A stretch of DNA of 64,000 nt from contig JARLIA010000005.1 of NCBI GenBank assembly GCA_031291955.1, positions 209,057-273,056 of the forward strand, written 5' to 3'. The translations under genes and the position numbers were made by a program. Shown here one piece after another: positions 46,967-56,576 of this stretch; position 1 is the stretch's first letter; each line of letters opens with the position of its first letter. Source of the DNA: Minisyncoccota bacterium. Its GTDB lineage: Bacteria > Patescibacteriota > Minisyncoccia > Moranbacterales > UBA2206. The notes under the pieces were generated by a model. It had not been told where the DNA came from, made no database searches, and saw nothing but the letters and a program-made list of their open reading frames with translations.

Positions 46967-47734
46967 TCAATCTTCTTTTCTCTCTTTGTTGTTACTGTTG
47001 GTTTGGTTGAGTTCTCGTTTTAGCTCCTCGAGATCCGGCGCCCATTCATCCATAATGGAAGATGTGTTTTTTTCGGTTGAGTCGGTGTGGCTCTCATTTT
47101 CGTCTTCCGGATCAAAATCGGAACCAGATGGCGGGGGAGTGTAGTTGCCGTTACTGCCGCCTTTTTTCAAGACATTCTCAATTGATCCCCAGTCTGAATC
47201 CAGGTCGCGCGGGATGACCAAGGTTACTTCGTCGCCCGGCTCGACTTTGAAATAGGTGATGGAGGCCAGGAGAACTTTGTAGGCTTTGCCTTCGGCAGCG
47301 ATAAAATAGTTGCCGTCCATGTCTTGGTTGGCGATGCCGATGAGGCGCTTTCTTTCGGCCGGGCCGATTTGTTTATAGATGAAAGATCCGTCTGGCGTAA
47401 TGGTGAGTTTCAACATATCACCTTCCACCAGCTTGGATTTTGAAGCATAATTAGCGGGAACCGGATATTGGCGGGAATCGGTGCCGAGCATGACTTGTCC
47501 GTCAAAAGTGCCTTGGACGACGCGTCCTTCTTCGCCGTCTTCGTCCAATATTTTTTTCCGGCGGCCGACTTTTTTCTTGCCTTCGAGTTGCAAGAGCATA
47601 GCCTTGGCTCCTTGCAAGGTTTTCTCGGCATTATAGATCATTTCCCGGAGGGACTGTATCTTTTCGTTGTTTTTATTGTCTTTTTCCTGGTCCATTATTT
47701 TTTTTGTCGCGCTGACTTGTTGGTACGCTCTCAA
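46967..47734 (-). CDS. hypothetical protein (coiled-coil N-terminus, acidic tail)
   Basis: 255-aa ORF; no family recognised by eye. Confidence 0.45.
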   Translation of the reverse strand: MRAYQQVSATKKIMDQEKDNKNNEKIQSLREMIYNAEKTLQGAKAMLLQLEGKKKVGRRKKILDEDGEEGRVVQGTFDGQVMLGTDSRQYPVPANYASKSKLVEGDMLKLTITPDGSFIYKQIGPAERKRLIGIANQDMDGNYFIAAEGKAYKVLLASITYFKVEPGDEVTLVIPRDLDSDWGSIENVLKKGGSNGNYTPPPSGSDFDPEDENESHTDSTEKNTSSIMDEWAPDLEELKRELNQTNSNNKERKED

Positions 47735-47926
47735 TCGGCGATATATTTCATTCGGCTCAACAAACCAAGCGCCCCCTTTGTTTTTATATTTGTATTACAT
47801 TCCAATTATACAATTATATCAACTGGCGTGCAAGAGGCCAAATTGAGGGAGATGTATAAACAAGCGAAAGACGATTGATATTAGTTTGTAATAAAGCCAG
47901 AATATTAACCATTAACAAACAAAAAA

Positions 47927-48493
47927 ATGTACACTAAAAACGATTATGCGCATTTGAAAGGTATGCCGGGGTTTTCTGATCAGGCGCTAGATCTGCATTT
48001 TGGACTTTATGAAGGCTATGTCAATAATACCAATAAAATTTTGGAAAAATTGGAGACGACTGACAAAAGTTCGCCCGAATACGCGGAATTGAAAAGACGA
48101 TTGGGTTGGGAATTTGACGGCATGCGGCTCCACGAATATTATTTCGGCGCGCTGGGCGGCGATGGCCAGCTGAATGGAGAAAGCGGTTTAGTCAAGGCTT
48201 TGGAGAAATATTTCGGCAGTTTTGAAAAATGGAAAGAGGATTTCACGGCCACCGGCAAGATGCGCGGCATTGGTTGGGCGGCGCTTTATCAAGATGTCGA
48301 AGCGGGGCGGCTGATAAACTTTTGGATAAATGAACATAATGAGGGTCACCCGGCCGGTGCGAATCCTATTTTGGTGATGGACGTTTTCGAACACGCGTAT
48401 GTGCCGGACTATGGAACGAACAGAGGCGGATATATCGAAGCATTTATGAAAAATATTGACTGGAATATCATTGAGGGAAGGCTTAGGGCCTAG
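47927..48493 (+). CDS. Fe/Mn superoxide dismutase-like protein (N-terminal His motif partly degenerate)
   Basis: C-terminal DVFEHAYVPDY matches the SOD DVWEHAYY box; N-terminal LHFGLYEGYVNNTN versus the canonical H-x-GKHH-xxYV motif. Confidence 0.55.
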   Translation: MYTKNDYAHLKGMPGFSDQALDLHFGLYEGYVNNTNKILEKLETTDKSSPEYAELKRRLGWEFDGMRLHEYYFGALGGDGQLNGESGLVKALEKYFGSFEKWKEDFTATGKMRGIGWAALYQDVEAGRLINFWINEHNEGHPAGANPILVMDVFEHAYVPDYGTNRGGYIEAFMKNIDWNIIEGRLRA

Positions 48494-48749
48494 CGGCACT
48501 TCCGATTGACAGAGCGCTATTTTAGGAGTAATCTATCAGGGTGTATTGCTCGGTAATTATTTTTCTGCCGGAGTAGCGGCAGATTTTTCATTTGTCTTAG
48601 GACTTGCGCATTTGTCTCAAATCTCCTAATCACGACGGAATTTTTCTAAAAGAGTTTGGCAGGATTAATGCATTAAACTATTTTATGAAGTTTTTTGTGC
48701 GGAGCTTTTCGCCAAACGCGCAAGTCCTGATTTATATTGTATTACAATT

Positions 48750-50537
48750 ATGGAAATTCGAAACATCGCCATTATCGCTCACGTCGACCATGGCAAAACA
48801 ACAATCACAGACGCTCTTTTGCGTCAGACTGGTATGGTGACCGACGAGGCTGTCAGTATGGATTCTAACGCTCTGGAAAAAGAGCGGGGGATTACCATTT
48901 ACTCGAAAAACACCAGCCTCTTTTATAAAGACACCAAGATCAACATCGTTGACACGCCGGGACACGCCGACTTTGGGAGTGAAGTCGAGCGGGTTTTGCG
49001 ATCCATCGATTCAGTGATCCTGGTTGTAGACGCCCAGGAGGGGCCGATGCCGCAAACACGTTTCGTGCTCAAGAAATCTTTGGAGCTGGGACTGAAGCCG
49101 ATTGTGGTGCTGAATAAGATTGACAAGCCGGCCGCTGATCCGGATATGGCCCAGGAAAAAGTTTTTGAACTCTTTTTGGACTTGGGCGCGACCGATGAGC
49201 AGTTGGATTTTACGACTGTTTATGCCATTGGAAAGCAGGGCGTGGCCAAATTGCATATGGATGACGAGGCAAAAGACTTGTCGCCGCTTCTGGATACCAT
49301 ATTGGAAAAAGTTGCTCCGGCCACAGGCGATGCCAGCGCCAAACTTTTGGCTCAGCCCTTCAATTTGGGTTACGACAATTTTTTAGGGCGCTTGGCGGTG
49401 GCGCGGATTTATGACGGAACCATCAAGATGGGTCAGACTTTGACGATCAAAAAGAATGCCGGAACGGTTGAAACGGGACGCGTGACCAAACTATATACAT
49501 TTGAAGGCACGAACCGGAAAGAAGTGGACGAGGCGATGGCTGGAGACATTGTGATGATCGCAGGCTTTCCGAATATTGAGATCGGGGAAACGATCAGCGA
49601 AGACGCGTTGCAAGAGTCTTTGCCGGCGATTGCCATCGACGAGCCGACCATTACTCTCCGTTTTTTGGTTAATGATTCGCCGTTTGCCGGACGGGAAGGA
49701 AAATTTGTGACGGGTCAGCAGATTCGTGAAAGATTGGAAAAAGAATTGGAAGTGAACATGGGACTCAAAATCGATTTTTCCGCGTCGGAATATTTCAGCG
49801 TTTCCGGGCGGGGCGAACTCCATATCGCCATTTTGCTTGAAAATATGCGCCGCGAAGGTTATGAGATTCAGGTGTCCCAGCCGCAGGTGATCATCAAAGA
49901 CATTGACGGCGTGAAATCAGAGCCATTTGAAGAAGTGACAATCGACGTGCCCAGTATTCTCTCTGGCACAATCATCGAAACACTTGGAAAAAGAAAAGGC
50001 ACGATGGTCGATATGTCTCCGCACGGTTCGCAAACGCGGATGATTTTCGAACTTCCAACCCGCGGACTTCTCGGGTATCGCGGCCAATTTGTGGTGGATA
50101 CGAAAGGTGAAGGAATTTTGTGCTCGCGCGTGGTCGGGTTTCGACCTTTTGTCGGCGAGATCAGAAGGAAGGAAGTCGGTTCGATGGCTTCGATGGCCAG
50201 TGGCAAGGCTTTGGGATTTTCTCTGGCCAATTTACAAGAACGCGGAACGCTCTACATCGGTCCTGGCACGGAAGTCTATGAGGGCATGGTCATTGGCAAT
50301 GCCATAAAAGGCGACGATATGGCAGTGAATCCTACGAAAGGAAAGCAGATGAGCAATATGCGATCATCCGGCGCCGATGAAGCCATTCATCTTGTTCCGC
50401 CGTTTGTTCTTTCGATTGAACGCGGTCTTGAAATAATGAACGAAGACGAATATCTGGAAGTCACGCCTTTGTCGGTGCGACTCAGGAAACAATATCTCAC
50501 GGAGAACGACCGGGTGAAAGCGGCGCGGAGAAAATAA
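48750..50537 (+). CDS. typA: translational GTPase TypA/BipA
   Basis: [19 protein letters not shown]1 box, [12 protein letters not shown]. Confidence 0.9.
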   Translation: MEIRNIAIIAHVDHGKTTITDALLRQTGMVTDEAVSMDSNALEKERGITIYSKNTSLFYKDTKINIVDTPGHADFGSEVERVLRSIDSVILVVDAQEGPMPQTRFVLKKSLELGLKPIVVLNKIDKPAADPDMAQEKVFELFLDLGATDEQLDFTTVYAIGKQGVAKLHMDDEAKDLSPLLDTILEKVAPATGDASAKLLAQPFNLGYDNFLGRLAVARIYDGTIKMGQTLTIKKNAGTVETGRVTKLYTFEGTNRKEVDEAMAGDIVMIAGFPNIEIGETISEDALQESLPAIAIDEPTITLRFLVNDSPFAGREGKFVTGQQIRERLEKELEVNMGLKIDFSASEYFSVSGRGELHIAILLENMRREGYEIQVSQPQVIIKDIDGVKSEPFEEVTIDVPSILSGTIIETLGKRKGTMVDMSPHGSQTRMIFELPTRGLLGYRGQFVVDTKGEGILCSRVVGFRPFVGEIRRKEVGSMASMASGKALGFSLANLQERGTLYIGPGTEVYEGMVIGNAIKGDDMAVNPTKGKQMSNMRSSGADEAIHLVPPFVLSIERGLEIMNEDEYLEVTPLSVRLRKQYLTENDRVKAARRK

Positions 50538-50721
50538 TTTAAGCTTACCTATTTTTACAAAAAGGCGGTCTTCGGGTCGCCTTTTTTTGATTCAATTTGC
50601 TTTATTTTTCTTTCTGTGTTATTACGGAAACAATATAGGAGGGCGGTTCTTTGATAAGCTATTAAGGCTTTGTTTGGAGACGCCGTTTTTTTGGAAATTT
50701 TCGTTGAAAAGGGAGGAAATC

Positions 50722-52239
50722 ATGTCTGAGAATTTATCCTTCAATCCATTTGTGATTGACCCATTTACGTTTGGGTCAAAGTTGTTTAGGGCGTCCTTGG
50801 ACTGCGCTAAAGCAGCTCAGTATTATTCGATGGGGATTTGCAGTTATAATAACGCTTTCATGGAACCTGCAACTCAAGCTGCAAAGTCTTTCCGGGAAGC
50901 GGAAGAGGGCAAGGGTACTGGAGGGAATGAATATGTTCGATTGGAGGAAATTAATCGGGAGTTGTTCAACAAAGGTATGTGGAGTGGAATCTCCGCCATA
51001 GCCGAGTTTTATTGGAAAAAAGTATTCGGATTTCAGACCGCCCTGCTGGAAACCATGATTGATGGAAATGGAGCGTTGACAAAATTCGCGGAACGAGAGG
51101 CCGCAGTCGCCCGCATGATCGCCGAGGAATACCCAAAAGCAATTAGATATGTTGAGTCGGAATATGGACTACATCTCGATAACGGCGGATACATTAAGGT
51201 CGCGGAAACACCTCGCTTCGAGCTTTACCAGGTCTTGCCGACGAATGACGTTCAGGTTAGAGAGGGCGGAAAGCCGATTGTCATCATCCCGCCGTATGTA
51301 CTCGGACCGCACATCCTGGCCTTCTTGCCTGGTGAGCAAAAAAGTTATGTTCATGCTTTCGCGAATCAAGGAATTCCGACTTACATTCGGATTGTCAGAA
51401 ACATCAACACAACCCCTGACGTCCAAATCATGACCGGCGAGGATGATGCGACGGACACGCGATTTTTTTGTGACAAGGTTTCCCAAATCCATCACAAACC
51501 GATTACACTCAGCGGTTTTTGCCAGGGTGGATTTATTGCTACCTTGGATCTTCTTTCTGGTGAATTAGACGGGCTGGTTGACGCGCTCATTACTTGTGTT
51601 TCGCCGATGGATGGGACACGGAGCAAGGCAATTACTGACTATATAAATTGCTTGCCGTCGCGTTATCGCGAGTTGGACTACGCGGTGAAGACTTTGCCCA
51701 ACGGCAATCGGGTGGTGGATGGCGGGATAATGAGCTGGGTATTCAAACTCATGAGCATGGATTCTGAATCCCCAGTTGCGGCATTTCATCGTGATCTGGA
51801 GATGTTCTCTAAAAGTAACGGCAATGGAATCAGCAAGACCGCCGCCGCGCTTAACTACTGGATGAAATATGACCAGCGGGATCTTCCACTGGAAATTACC
51901 CGGTTGAGTCATCAGTCCTACACCGTTCCGGTGGCGCCGGACGGAGCTTTGCCAGTTCAGCTTTTCGGGCGTCCTCTTAATTTCAAAAGAATTAAAGAGG
52001 ATAACATTCGATGGCTGCTCTGCTATGCAGCCGGAGACAATCTTATTGATCCGCCGGCCGCTCTTGCACCGTTGGATTATATCAAGGTCGAGGTTACGAA
52101 ATATTCAAAAGGTCACGGCGCGATAGCGACCTCTCATTCCGATCCAAAAAGTAAAACGTCTCTCGATCATGTGTTTCCGGACGGTAGCCGCGGACCGGTT
52201 CGTTTCCAACTTGATCTTGACGCAGCTCTTGTTGCTTAA
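50722..52239 (+). CDS. alpha/beta-hydrolase, PHA synthase (PhaC)-like with Cys lipase box
   Basis: GFCQGG (G-x-C-x-G-G) box; GGGAGG RBS 7 nt upstream of the ATG at 50722. Confidence 0.45.
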   Translation: MSENLSFNPFVIDPFTFGSKLFRASLDCAKAAQYYSMGICSYNNAFMEPATQAAKSFREAEEGKGTGGNEYVRLEEINRELFNKGMWSGISAIAEFYWKKVFGFQTALLETMIDGNGALTKFAEREAAVARMIAEEYPKAIRYVESEYGLHLDNGGYIKVAETPRFELYQVLPTNDVQVREGGKPIVIIPPYVLGPHILAFLPGEQKSYVHAFANQGIPTYIRIVRNINTTPDVQIMTGEDDATDTRFFCDKVSQIHHKPITLSGFCQGGFIATLDLLSGELDGLVDALITCVSPMDGTRSKAITDYINCLPSRYRELDYAVKTLPNGNRVVDGGIMSWVFKLMSMDSESPVAAFHRDLEMFSKSNGNGISKTAAALNYWMKYDQRDLPLEITRLSHQSYTVPVAPDGALPVQLFGRPLNFKRIKEDNIRWLLCYAAGDNLIDPPAALAPLDYIKVEVTKYSKGHGAIATSHSDPKSKTSLDHVFPDGSRGPVRFQLDLDAALVA

Positions 52240-52556
52240 TCCACTTCCAATTCCAGGAGAATCTGCGGATGTTGAATTTCAATGGAATCTCGTCCTTGAA
52301 CCTCGCCGGAGTTTCTTTGTTCGCGCCACTACGCGACAAAGAACCTCCGGCTTTCTTTTTTTATTTTTATTTTCAAGAAAATTTATTTTTTAGCATCAAA
52401 AAATACTTTTGTGTAAAAACTGGGGATAACTTTTATAAAAATGGCTTTAAAAAGCTGTTTTTTGTTGTTTAAAATCCGGAATAAAAGTGTTGACGCTTGT
52501 AGTGTGGTGGAGTAAAATAGAGACACGTGGTTAAAAAGTGGTAAATTGTGGGGAAT

Positions 52557-52991
52557 ATGTTTATAGGTGAATACCAACATTCCATCGACCCGAAAAAAAG
52601 ACTGGCTGTGCCGTCGAAGTTTAGAAATGAATTGAAAAACAGAATCGTGGTGACGCGGGGCTTGGACAAATGTTTGTTCATCTATCCGATGAAGACCTGG
52701 CAGGAGATTGCCGGAAAGTTGGGAACCATGCCGGTCGGAGAAGCGGCCACTCGGAGTTTCGTGCGTTTGATGCTTGCCGGCGCCACCGATTGCGAAATTG
52801 ACAAGCAGGGCAGAATTCTGATTCCGGATTATTTGAAAGAATATGCCGGCCTTACTAAGGACGTGGTCATTGCCGGACTCTATAATCGTTTGGAAATCTG
52901 GGACGATAAGAAATGGAATGAATACAAAGTCAACGCGGAAAAGAATACCGATGAAATAGCGGAACAACTTGGAAAACTAGGGGTATATTAA
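52557..52991 (+). CDS. mraZ: transcriptional regulator MraZ
   Basis: MFIGEYQHSIDPKKRLAVP… duplicated MraZ fold; heads the division/cell-wall cluster. Confidence 0.85.
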   Translation: MFIGEYQHSIDPKKRLAVPSKFRNELKNRIVVTRGLDKCLFIYPMKTWQEIAGKLGTMPVGEAATRSFVRLMLAGATDCEIDKQGRILIPDYLKEYAGLTKDVVIAGLYNRLEIWDDKKWNEYKVNAEKNTDEIAEQLGKLGVY

Positions 52992-52992
52992 A

Positions 52993-53973
52993 ATGACTAT
53001 TCATAAACCAGTATTGCTGAAGGAGACTATTGAACTTTTAAATCTAAAAAAAGGAATGACTGTCGTGGACGCCACTCTGGGGGGAGGCGGACACGGGCGC
53101 GAAATTCTGGAGAGAGTTGGTGATGGCGGGCGATTAATTGCCTTTGATCTGGATATTCATGCTATCGAAAGTTTCGCGGAATTTTCAATTTTCAATTTTC
53201 AATTTTCAAACAATTATCAAATTCCAATTTACAAATTCCAAAACATAATTCTGGCTAATGCTAATTTTACAGATTTAGAGAAAGTGTTGGAAGTTTTGGA
53301 AATTGAAAAAGTCGACGCGGTAATGGCGGATCTGGGGTGGTCGAGCGACCAATTGACCGGGAAAGGAATGAGTTTTCAGGCGGATGAGAAATTGGACATG
53401 AGATTGGACGAGAGTCAGGAGCTGACGGCCAAGAAAATAGTCAATGAATATGCTGAAGAAGACTTGGGAAAAATATTAAGAGAATATGGGGAGGAGAAAT
53501 TTTGGCGAGTTATTACGCGAAGAATAACTGAATATAGAAAAAGCAAAGGAATAGAGACCACGCAAGAGCTGGCGGAAATCATAAAGAGTGCCGTGCCGCC
53601 GAAATACCGTTACGCTAAGATCCATCCGGCCACCAAGACGTTCCAGGCCATCCGCATCGAAGTCAATCAGGAGCTGTCTAATTTGAAAAAATTTATACCG
53701 CAGGCAATCGAAGTTTTGGTTTCTGGCGGAAGACTGGCCATTATCAGTTTTCATTCACTGGAAGATCGAATTGTCAAGCATATGTTCGCGGAAGATGCCA
53801 GGGGAAGCATCTCCACGGATCCGATAACTGGACAAAAAATAGTGGAGCGCGCGCCGGTGACAAAACTTATCACCAAAAAACCGGTCGCGCCGGCGGAGGA
53901 AGAGATTGGAGAAAATCCGCGCGCCCGAAGCGCGAAATTGAGAGTCTGCGAGAGGTTACGAAATACGAAATGA
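52993..53973 (+). CDS. rsmH: 16S rRNA (cytosine1402-N4)-methyltransferase RsmH, carrying an in-frame repeat-derived insertion
   Basis: MTIHKPVLLKETIELL…DATLGGGGH; SAM-dependent methyltransferase fold. Confidence 0.85.
   Translation: MTIHKPVLLKETIELLNLKKGMTVVDATLGGGGHGREILERVGDGGRLIAFDLDIHAIESFAEFSIFNFQFSNNYQIPIYKFQNIILANANFTDLEKVLEVLEIEKVDAVMADLGWSSDQLTGKGMSFQADEKLDMRLDESQELTAKKIVNEYAEEDLGKILREYGEEKFWRVITRRITEYRKSKGIETTQELAEIIKSAVPPKYRYAKIHPATKTFQAIRIEVNQELSNLKKFIPQAIEVLVSGGRLAIISFHSLEDRIVKHMFAEDARGSISTDPITGQKIVERAPVTKLITKKPVAPAEEEIGENPRARSAKLRVCERLRNTK
53160..53250 (+). repeat. (GAAAATT)-type heptad repeat block inserted in-frame inside rsmH
   Basis: gaattttcaattttcaattttcaaacaattatcaaattccaatttacaaattccaaaac encodes FAEFSIFNFQFSNNYQIPIYKFQN. 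Confidence 0.5.
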
Positions 53974-54094
53974 ACGAACTACGAAACGCTTATGTCATCC
54001 TTTTTCGTACTTTCGTATTTTGTATTAATTTCGTAGTTCGTAAATAAAAAAAACATAAACAAAAGCATTAATATTTCAGGGGGACTGAAGATTA
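53974..54094. repeat. ACGAAA-type heptad palindromic block
   Basis: cgaaatacgaaatgaacgaactacgaaacg … tttcgtactttcgtattttgtattaatttcgtagttcgtaaa. Confidence 0.4.
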
Positions 54095-54544
54095 ATGGCC
54101 ACAATTCTAACTGTTAACAAATCCGGGCTGGGAAATTTTCCGCGGGGCGCCAACTGCCAGCTCAAAAGAAGGTCAGACAAGAACCTTCGGGTTTTGTGTA
54201 TAAATAAACGGACCGTGGGACCAAGAGAAACATCCGTAGTGGCCAAGAAGCAGGGTAGTGCGGAGATTGGCCTCACTGGTGCCGTGGCCATTCTGGTTTC
54301 CGTTGTCGTTCTTTGCGGCGCTCTCTATCTTTATCAGGCCAACTCCCTGGTTTCCAAGGGTTACGCGGTTGGACGACTTGAATCCAAGATTGCCGATCTT
54401 CAAAAGGCCAATGAGAACGGCAATATCCAGGAAACGGAATTGCGTTCCATGTATAACATTGAAAAATCCACCCAAAATCTTGGCTTGGTCAGTTCCAGTG
54501 ACGCGACCTATTTGGAACTAAAAGGGCCAGTGGCCATGAAGTAA
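54095..54544 (+). CDS. FtsL-like cell division protein (single TM + coiled coil)
   Basis: Located between rsmH and ftsI, the usual ftsL position; AILVSVVVLCGALYLY TM followed by a coiled coil. Confidence 0.5.
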   Translation: MATILTVNKSGLGNFPRGANCQLKRRSDKNLRVLCINKRTVGPRETSVVAKKQGSAEIGLTGAVAILVSVVVLCGALYLYQANSLVSKGYAVGRLESKIADLQKANENGNIQETELRSMYNIEKSTQNLGLVSSSDATYLELKGPVAMK

Positions 54545-54584
54545 ACAATTTTACACGCGGCCTTGGGCGTTTTATCCGTTAACT

Positions 54585-56552
54585 TTGGCGATTATGAACG
54601 GGCCGAAAAACAACACCAAACTGAAGAGTGGCCGAATAAACAGCCGTCCTAAACCGGTCTCGCCTAAAAAAAACTCGGCGGATAATCGGATACGCGCGCT
54701 GTTTTTTTTGATAATCGCGGCGGCGCTGATAATCGCCGGGAAACTCTATTCTTTGCAAGTCTCGGCTCATGAATATTATAAGGACCTGGCTGAAAACGAA
54801 CATTCGATTTTTAGGGATCTGGTGCCGGTCCGGGGGCAGATCTATATTCGCGACGGCAATGGAACTTATCCGGTGGCAGTCGATAAATCAACTCAGATGG
54901 CCTACGCTGTTCCAAAAGAAATCAGCGATCCGGACGGAGAAGCGGGTGTCTTAGCTCCTATTCTAGGTCTTCCTGAGCGGGATTTGGCCGGACGCTTGGG
55001 AAAACCGAATGATATGTACGAAGTGCTGGCCCACCGTCTTTCAAGCGATCAGATAAACAAAATAAACGCGTTGAAGCTCGACGGTATTCATCTGGAGGAT
55101 GAGTCTTACCGTTACTATCCGGCCGACCAGCTGGCTTCCAACGTCTTGGGCTTTGTTGGCTGGCAAGGAAATAATTTTGGCGGTCGCTATGGCCTCGAAG
55201 CTTACTATGACTCCGAGCTGGCGGGGACGACCGGGCAGCTCCAACAAAATCGGGACTCCGGCGGCGGTTGGATCTTTACCGGCCAGAAAGAAATCACCGA
55301 CGCCGAGGACGGCGACAGCTTGGTACTCTCTATCGATCATAGTATCCAATATGAAGCGGAAAAAATCATAGAGAGTGCCATCAATAAATATCAAGCCGAC
55401 CAAGGGACGATTATCGTGATGCAACCTGACACCGGACGGGTCCTGGCGATGGCAAGTTTCCCCAACTTTGATCCTAATAATTATCAATCGGTGAACAATA
55501 TGCAGGCCTTCCGGAATCTGGCCGTTTCCGACACGTATGAGCCGGGCAGTATCTTTAAAACCATTACCATGGCGGCTGGCATCGACGCGGGGAAGATTAC
55601 GCCCGAGACCACCTATACCGACACTGGCGCGGTCAAGATTGCTGGCTATACCATTCGAAACGCGCTTCTCAAAGCCTACGGACTGCAAACGATGACGCAA
55701 GTTCTGGACATGTCGCTCAACACTGGAGCGATTTATGCCGAACAGCAGACGGGCAATCAGAATTTCGCGAACTATGTCCATAAGTTTGGTTTTGGTGTTC
55801 CAACCGGGATTGACTTGCCAGGCGAAGCGTCCGGCACTCTTGCCAATCTTGGCAATACAAATAGAGACATTCAATTCTATACGGCTTCTTTCGGGCAAGG
55901 TATCACGGTGACGCCGATCCAAATCGCGGCCGCCTATAACGCCATCGCCAATGGCGGCCTCTTGATGAAGCCGGAAATGGTCCAGCAGATGATCCGTCCT
56001 GACGGAAGCACGCAGGATGTCGCTCCGCAGGATGAGCGGCGGGTGGTGTCGCAAAACACGGCCAATGAAGTGGGACAGATGCTGCGCGACGTGGTGGTGA
56101 ACGGAGAGGGCAAGATGGCCGGCGTGCCCGGATATCTCGTGGTTGGAAAGACCGGCACAGCCCAGGTGGCTAGTCGCGACACCAAGGGCTATGCCCAAGG
56201 AGAGGAAATTGGCTCATTTGCCGGATTTGCGCCGCTTAACAATCCGCAGTATACTCTTTTGGTGCGCATCGACAATCCGCGGACAGTCAGTTGGGCCGAA
56301 TCAAGCGCCGCTCCGACGTTCGGTGAGATGATGAAGTTTCTTTTGGATTATGGCAATATTCCGCCGACGGAAAAATACACCCAAAGCGATCTCGACGCAT
56401 TCGCCAAGACCCACACCTTGAGTCAGGACTTTTTGAATAACGGCTGCAGTAATAATAACGGCAATAATGGCAGCGGGTGTGACAATAACAACAGTGGCAA
56501 TAATAATGGCAATGGTAACAATAACGCTGATACTGGAAATAAAAAAGATTAA
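54585..56552 (+). CDS. ftsI: penicillin-binding protein 2/FtsI (transpeptidase) with N/G-rich tail
   Basis: SIFK (SxxK), SLN, KTGTA boxes; N-terminal TM. Confidence 0.85.
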   Translation: MAIMNGPKNNTKLKSGRINSRPKPVSPKKNSADNRIRALFFLIIAAALIIAGKLYSLQVSAHEYYKDLAENEHSIFRDLVPVRGQIYIRDGNGTYPVAVDKSTQMAYAVPKEISDPDGEAGVLAPILGLPERDLAGRLGKPNDMYEVLAHRLSSDQINKINALKLDGIHLEDESYRYYPADQLASNVLGFVGWQGNNFGGRYGLEAYYDSELAGTTGQLQQNRDSGGGWIFTGQKEITDAEDGDSLVLSIDHSIQYEAEKIIESAINKYQADQGTIIVMQPDTGRVLAMASFPNFDPNNYQSVNNMQAFRNLAVSDTYEPGSIFKTITMAAGIDAGKITPETTYTDTGAVKIAGYTIRNALLKAYGLQTMTQVLDMSLNTGAIYAEQQTGNQNFANYVHKFGFGVPTGIDLPGEASGTLANLGNTNRDIQFYTASFGQGITVTPIQIAAAYNAIANGGLLMKPEMVQQMIRPDGSTQDVAPQDERRVVSQNTANEVGQMLRDVVVNGEGKMAGVPGYLVVGKTGTAQVASRDTKGYAQGEEIGSFAGFAPLNNPQYTLLVRIDNPRTVSWAESSAAPTFGEMMKFLLDYGNIPPTEKYTQSDLDAFAKTHTLSQDFLNNGCSNNNGNNGSGCDNNNSGNNNGNGNNNADTGNKKD

Positions 56553-56576
56553 TTTTCAATAATCAATTGTAACTAC

